Source: Nostoc sp. (GTDB taxonomy: Bacteria; Cyanobacteriota; Cyanobacteriia; Cyanobacteriales; Nostocaceae). Taken from it: a stretch of 64,000 bases of DNA. The DNA lies in contig JBALDB010000054.1 of assembly GCA_036918135.1 (NCBI GenBank), positions 64,001-128,000 on the forward strand. Reading direction: 5' to 3'. Each line of letters opens with the position of its first letter. Within the stretch, counting starts at the first letter, position 1. Position numbers and translations under genes: made by a program. The notes beneath the pieces are model-generated. The model was not told where the DNA came from, ran no database searches, and saw only the letters and a list, made by a program, of their open reading frames with translations. Shown in pieces: positions 59,320-64,000 of the stretch.

Positions 59320-60789
59320 TTAGTCCATCAGATGTTGCTCGACTTTTGAGACTAATTCATTTGTCCAGTGATTGGCCAGTTCGGCATTGGCAGCTTCCAC
59401 CATAACTCTGATTACTGGTTCTGTACCGGAGGCGCGAACTAAAATTCTACCAGAATCACCCATTGCAGCCTCAGCAAGAACGATCGCTTTTTGCAGAGGT
59501 TGGCAATCTTGCCATCCTAAACGGCGATCGCGATCTGTAACTCGCACGTTCCGTAATAATTGAGGATAGGTCTGGAAGCTTTGCTCTACTAATTCTGCTA
59601 GGGAAACATTCGCCTGTTTTACCAAAGCTGCTAAATGCAAGGCTGTTAATAAGCCATCCCCAGTCACCGCATAATGACGGCAAAGTATGTGACCCGATTG
59701 TTCGCCGCCTAGCATTCCCCCAGTCCGCAGCATTTCGGCTTGCACGTATTGGTCGCCGACTGCGGTGCGAATCAATTTACCACCAATTTCTTGCCAAGCT
59801 TTCTCGAAGCCTAAGTTAGCCATGACTGTAGATACAATCAAGTTATCCGGCAGTTGTTGGTTTTGTTGTAGGTGGCGTCCCCAGAGGTAGAGAATGTAAT
59901 CGCCGTTAACTTGCCTGCCAGTATTATCTACTGCTAAGACGCGATCGGCGTCGCCATCAAAGGCAAAGCCTAAGTCGGCGTTGTGTTCTTGTACCGCTGC
60001 TACCAGAATATCTAAGTGGGTGGAACCGCAGTTAACGTTAATGCGATGGCCATCTGCTTCGTTATGCAAGCAAATTACCTCTGCACCCATCTGTGTAAAT
60101 ACTGTTGGTGCTAATCCTACTGCTGCTCCCCATGCCAAGTCTAAAACAATCTTCATTCCTTGAAGATTCAGGTTACTAGCCAAGGGTTTTTTTAATGCCT
60201 CGCCATAATGGCTGATTAACTCCAAACGTGAGTAATGCCGTCCACAATTATTCTCAGTAGCAGTTGATATCTTGCCACGCAGTCCTGCTTCAATTTCTGC
60301 CTGCAATAATTGAGGTAACTTCCCACCATCTGCACCAAAAACCTTAATGCCATTGTCCTCTGGAGGGTTGTGACTAGCAGAAATCATCACTCCACCTATA
60401 GCATCAGTGATACTGGTAAGATAGGCAACGCAAGGAGTAGGACATAATCCTAAATACCAAACCTCTAACCCCGCTGCTGTTAACCCTGCACTCAAAGCCA
60501 TTGCCAGCATATCGCTGGAGTTTCTAGAGTCCTGTCCGAGAATCACTGGTCCTATACCAGTAGTGTGGTTACGTAAAACAATACCTGCCCAAAAACCAAT
60601 TTGCAACGCTAAGGGCGCATTCAGTAATTCTCCAACTCGTCCGCGAATACCATCTGTGCCAAATAACGGATTTGCTGGTAGCGGTAGTAAATTCAGTACA
60701 AAACTGCTCTCAATCCCTTTGCTCAATCCATTAGCTTCAAAACCAGAATTCCCAGAAATCGCTGATGTCCGAGTTACAGATGAAACCAT
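59320..60789 (-). CDS. glmM: Phosphoglucosamine mutase
   Basis: [27 protein letters not shown] and RASGTEP motifs. Confidence 0.95.
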   Translation of the reverse strand: MVSSVTRTSAISGNSGFEANGLSKGIESSFVLNLLPLPANPLFGTDGIRGRVGELLNAPLALQIGFWAGIVLRNHTTGIGPVILGQDSRNSSDMLAMALSAGLTAAGLEVWYLGLCPTPCVAYLTSITDAIGGVMISASHNPPEDNGIKVFGADGGKLPQLLQAEIEAGLRGKISTATENNCGRHYSRLELISHYGEALKKPLASNLNLQGMKIVLDLAWGAAVGLAPTVFTQMGAEVICLHNEADGHRINVNCGSTHLDILVAAVQEHNADLGFAFDGDADRVLAVDNTGRQVNGDYILYLWGRHLQQNQQLPDNLIVSTVMANLGFEKAWQEIGGKLIRTAVGDQYVQAEMLRTGGMLGGEQSGHILCRHYAVTGDGLLTALHLAALVKQANVSLAELVEQSFQTYPQLLRNVRVTDRDRRLGWQDCQPLQKAIVLAEAAMGDSGRILVRASGTEPVIRVMVEAANAELANHWTNELVSKVEQHLMD

Positions 60790-61352
60790 ATTTTTAAACA
60801 CTCCACACAACAAACAAAAAAATAGCACTTGAGAGTTGATTCAGCAATTTCAACATTCTTTAATTCTCTTTAGAAATTTATTCTAGATAAAGTTAATTTT
60901 ACGTAAAATTACTTAATAAATCAACTCAATGTTGTAAATTTTTAGTAAAGTTAGTATTTATTTTTATGTTATAAGTAAAGTTTACTTATTTTAGCTAATT
61001 CTTTCTTTTGTCCCCTCTATCTTAGCCTTGAGTCTTATAGATATGAGTTTACAAATAAAAAATTATCTTATTATTTAGTAATAAATGCTACTTCAAAAAA
61101 TATCAAGTTTTTAGCAAACCTGAAAATATAAAGCAAAGTTTAGCTGAGAAAAACAAAAAATCAAAATATTAGCAATATAAAGTTCTAATTCCGTAGAAAA
61201 AATATTGTGTAAAAAGCTACAAATATCTTTAAGCTTAAAAAATTTTAATATAAATTCTCATCAAATAGTTTTAAGGTAACGTTCTAATGGCTTTTTTAGC
61301 CATTCGTCAATTAAAACTCGGCAGTTGACTTTTTAAAGTTGAGAAATTTAGT

Positions 61353-62069
61353 ATGAGCAGCAATTTAGCAACCAAATTACGTGTAGGCACTAAAAAAGCC
61401 CACACGATGGCAGAAAATGTAGGTTTTGTCAAGTGCTTTTTAAAAGGAGTAGTCGAGAAAAACTCTTACCGCAAACTAGTTGCTAACTTCTACTTCATCT
61501 ACTCAGCGATGGAAGAGGAGATGGAAAAGCACCGCCAACATCCAATTGTTTCTAAAATTTATTTTCCACAGCTAAACCGCAAGCAGACCCTAGAGCAAGA
61601 CCTGAATTATTACTTTGGTGCGAACTGGAGAGAGCAAATCCAACTATCTCCCGCAGGTGAAGCTTATGTACAGCGGATTCGGGAAATATCTGCAACCGAA
61701 CCAGAACTGTTAATTGCCCATTCATATACTCGTTACCTGGGTGACTTATCTGGGGGACAGATTCTCAAAGGCATTGCTGTAACAGCAATGAATTTGTCTG
61801 ATGGGCAAGGAACCGCCTTTTATGAATTTGCGGATATCCCCGATGAAAAGGCATTTAAAGCCAAATATCGTCAAACTTTGGATGAATTACCCTTGGATGA
61901 TGCTACAGGCGATCGCATTGTTGATGAAGCTAACGCTGCTTTTGGTATGAACATGAAGATGTTCAATGAATTGGAAGGCAATTTGATTAAAGCGATCGGT
62001 GTAATGCTGTACAATAGCCTCACACGGCGTCGTACACGCGGTAATACTGAACTTGCTACTGCTGAGTAG
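61353..62069 (+). CDS. ho1: Heme oxygenase (biliverdin-producing)
   Basis: GTKKAHTMAEN and HSYTRYLGDLSGGQIL motifs. Confidence 0.93.
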   Translation: MSSNLATKLRVGTKKAHTMAENVGFVKCFLKGVVEKNSYRKLVANFYFIYSAMEEEMEKHRQHPIVSKIYFPQLNRKQTLEQDLNYYFGANWREQIQLSPAGEAYVQRIREISATEPELLIAHSYTRYLGDLSGGQILKGIAVTAMNLSDGQGTAFYEFADIPDEKAFKAKYRQTLDELPLDDATGDRIVDEANAAFGMNMKMFNELEGNLIKAIGVMLYNSLTRRRTRGNTELATAE

Positions 62070-62313
62070 TTAGTGGTGAGTACTAAATGCGGAGTGTGGA
62101 GTGTGGAGTAATTAGTGCTAAGTAGTAAAGGCGGAGTGTGGAGTGTAGAGTCATCATTCCAGACAGCTTGATGAAAGATAATTTATAGACGTTTCTGGGT
62201 AAAGAGCAATCACCAAAGACGCTCAAATTATTTAGGGGCAATAGCCTTATGAATGCTTTCTATTTGTGAAAGCAAGCATGGGGAAGTTGCCCCTCAATTG
62301 TGATTGAAGGAGT

Positions 62314-62432
62314 TATAGCAGGAGGCAGGAGGCAGGAGGTAGAAGGCTGGAGGCAGAAGGCAGGAGGCAGGAGGTAGAACTATTAGTATTCACGCTTGTC
62401 ATAATGTCCTAAAGGGTGTGACTACGGCTATA
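62314..62432. mobile_element. TATAGC...GCTATA MITE-like repeat
   Basis: Inverted homologue of 7020-7118, with an expanded GGCAGGA tract. Confidence 0.7.
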
Positions 62433-62574
62433 TGTCATTGCTTCACTTCGTACCCTACGGGTTCTCCGTTAGCGTAGCGTTCCGTAGGAAAGGAGTAGAC
62501 ACTGGCAAGTGATAAGACGGACATGATCTTACCTAAATAATTTTATACTAAATAAAAATAAATTATAAAAAGGG

Positions 62575-62606
62575 TTGACTCTCCAGTTAACTAGAGATTT
62601 AAAAAT
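62575..62606 (+). promoter_or_regulatory. MerR-type promoter/operator
   Basis: -35 TTGACT immediately followed by the dyad TCTCCAGTT-AACTAGAGA (8 of 9 positions symmetric). The A-rich -10 candidate at about 19-20 bp spacing is imperfect. Confidence 0.6.
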
Positions 62607-62634
62607 AAAATCAGGAAACATTTAGATAATCTCT

Positions 62635-63354
62635 ATGCAACTTTCTACTCTGAAAAACAACTTTTTGTCATTGACCTTAGTAGCGATCGCTTCTGTTTCA
62701 ACTAGTCTATTAACAGCCTGTTCTACAACCACTTCCCAAAATCAAGTATCAAACCCTGCCACTACTGCTACTGATACTAGTGATAAGCAACCGATGAACC
62801 ACGATGGTAGCATGATGAATCATGATAGTGGCATGAACCACAACATGACAATGGATTTAGGAGCGGCCGATATAAATTATGATTTGCGGTTTATTGATGC
62901 GATGATTCCGCACCATCAAGGCGCAGTAGAAATGGCGAATGTCGCACAGGAGAAATCGAAACGTCCTGAAATTAAAAAGCTGGCTGCGGAAATTATCAAA
63001 GCTCAAGATAAAGAAATTGCCCAGTTGAAACAATGGCGTACAGCTTGGTATCCCTCCGCAAGTGTTACGCCAGTGGCTTATGATGCTAAAACAAATAAAA
63101 CAGTCCCAATGCCTGACGAACAAATGCAAGGCATGATGATGAATATGGACTTAGGAGCTGCGGATACTCAGTTTGACTTGCGATTCATAAATGCAATGAT
63201 TCCTCATCATCAAAGTGCAATTACAATGGCTCAAGATGCATTGAGTAAATCTAAGCGTCCTGAAATCAAGAAATTGGCTCAAAGTATCATTGATTCTCAG
63301 CAAGCAGAGATTAACCAAATGAAACAGTGGCGAAAAACTTGGTATAATCGGTAA
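62635..63354 (+). CDS. DUF305 (CopM-like) His/Met-rich lipoprotein
   Basis: Lipobox LTAC, an MNHD..MMNH tract and two DLRFI.AMIPHHQ.A repeats. Confidence 0.9.
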   Translation: MQLSTLKNNFLSLTLVAIASVSTSLLTACSTTTSQNQVSNPATTATDTSDKQPMNHDGSMMNHDSGMNHNMTMDLGAADINYDLRFIDAMIPHHQGAVEMANVAQEKSKRPEIKKLAAEIIKAQDKEIAQLKQWRTAWYPSASVTPVAYDAKTNKTVPMPDEQMQGMMMNMDLGAADTQFDLRFINAMIPHHQSAITMAQDALSKSKRPEIKKLAQSIIDSQQAEINQMKQWRKTWYNR

Positions 63355-63395
63355 GCAAAATTGTCTGTGTGAAGCATATTACAGCAGAATTAGTA

Positions 63396-63439
63396 AATTC
63401 AGGAGCAAATTCTTCAGTGAGGCTCCTGAATTCTTTTTC
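63396..63439 (+). terminator. Hairpin terminator after the DUF305 gene
   Basis: AATTCAGGAGC...GCTCCTGAATT followed by CTTTTT. Confidence 0.6.
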
Positions 63440-64000
63440 AATTGGAATGCTACCCGTAATGGGTTATTACTGCTAGATAATTACAATATTAAATTTGTAC
63501 AAGGAATACAACTTAAAGAACTATTAATCAAAGCTGCAATGGCACGGTTGAATACTATTTTGATAGCAGCTTTTACCTCGACTTTATGATTAGTACCTTT
63601 AGTATTTACTTCCATAGCTTTAACTTTAGGCTATGAATAAGGTGTTACTAATCATTAGTTGAATTTCTGAAAATAAGTTTTATATTCTATAACTTTCAAT
63701 TAGTCATTATCATATTTATATTTTTTTGCTGAATTTTTGTAACCAAATCTTTAATATTTTAAATAACTATATTATTTACTGAATTTATCTGGCAGCTTAA
63801 TGCTGAAGAACTAGAGCATCAAGCAGTTATTGGGACAATAAGTAGTATATGAAAAAGTAATTACTAATTTGTATTTTATAAAATTACATCTATCTAAAGA
63901 AATAATTTAATTAATAATCAAAAAACCAGAGTTAATTCTCAAAGTAGATATATATGAAAAAAAGCTAAAAATTACTTTAATATCCCCTAGTAGGGCATTG

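Noticed and set aside
62090..62390. CRISPR-like array
   Set aside because: Only heptamer STRR tracts (GGAGTGT, GGCAGGA) are present, with no constant 25-40 bp repeats, no unique spacers and no cas genes.
63440..64000. Possible gene or RNA at the right edge
   Set aside because: The sequence is very AT-rich with no convincing ORF or structure. It is probably the upstream region of a gene outside the window.

Overview
This window is from a heterocyst-forming cyanobacterium (Nostocales-like), shown by abundant HIP1 octamers (GCGATCGC), 7-bp STRR repeats, many MITE/SDR elements and the hpsL-P cluster. It has four parts. (1) 1-4.7 kb: a dynamin-like GTPase running off the left edge, a 44-aa Zn-ribbon gene, a secreted protein and an intact Crp/Fnr regulator. 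(2) 5-22 kb: about 20 co-oriented minus-strand redox/stress genes and gene remnants, including a flavin disulfide reductase, GMC oxidoreductase, PTOX, HTHP, USP, aquaporin, catalase-like protein, nitroreductase, CVNH lectin, and Dps, GST and hydrolase fragments. Three decayed fragments of the crp gene (one 5' end at 3.3 kb, two 3' ends at 6.7-9.8 kb) flank the intact copy and separate cargo blocks. (3) 23-45 kb: two filamentous-haemagglutinin-like exoproteins, TPR, TPR-CHAT protease, DUF928, a sigma-70/HetZ-like HTH protein, DUF1822 and CHAT-CHASE2, a candidate uncharacterised protease-sigma signalling system. (4) 45-64 kb: mostly core genes (pirA, 1-Cys peroxiredoxin, hpsL-P, glmM, ho1, DUF305). 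I found no rRNA, tRNA, CRISPR array or intact transposase/integrase. All family calls come from motif recognition by eye, not database searches.
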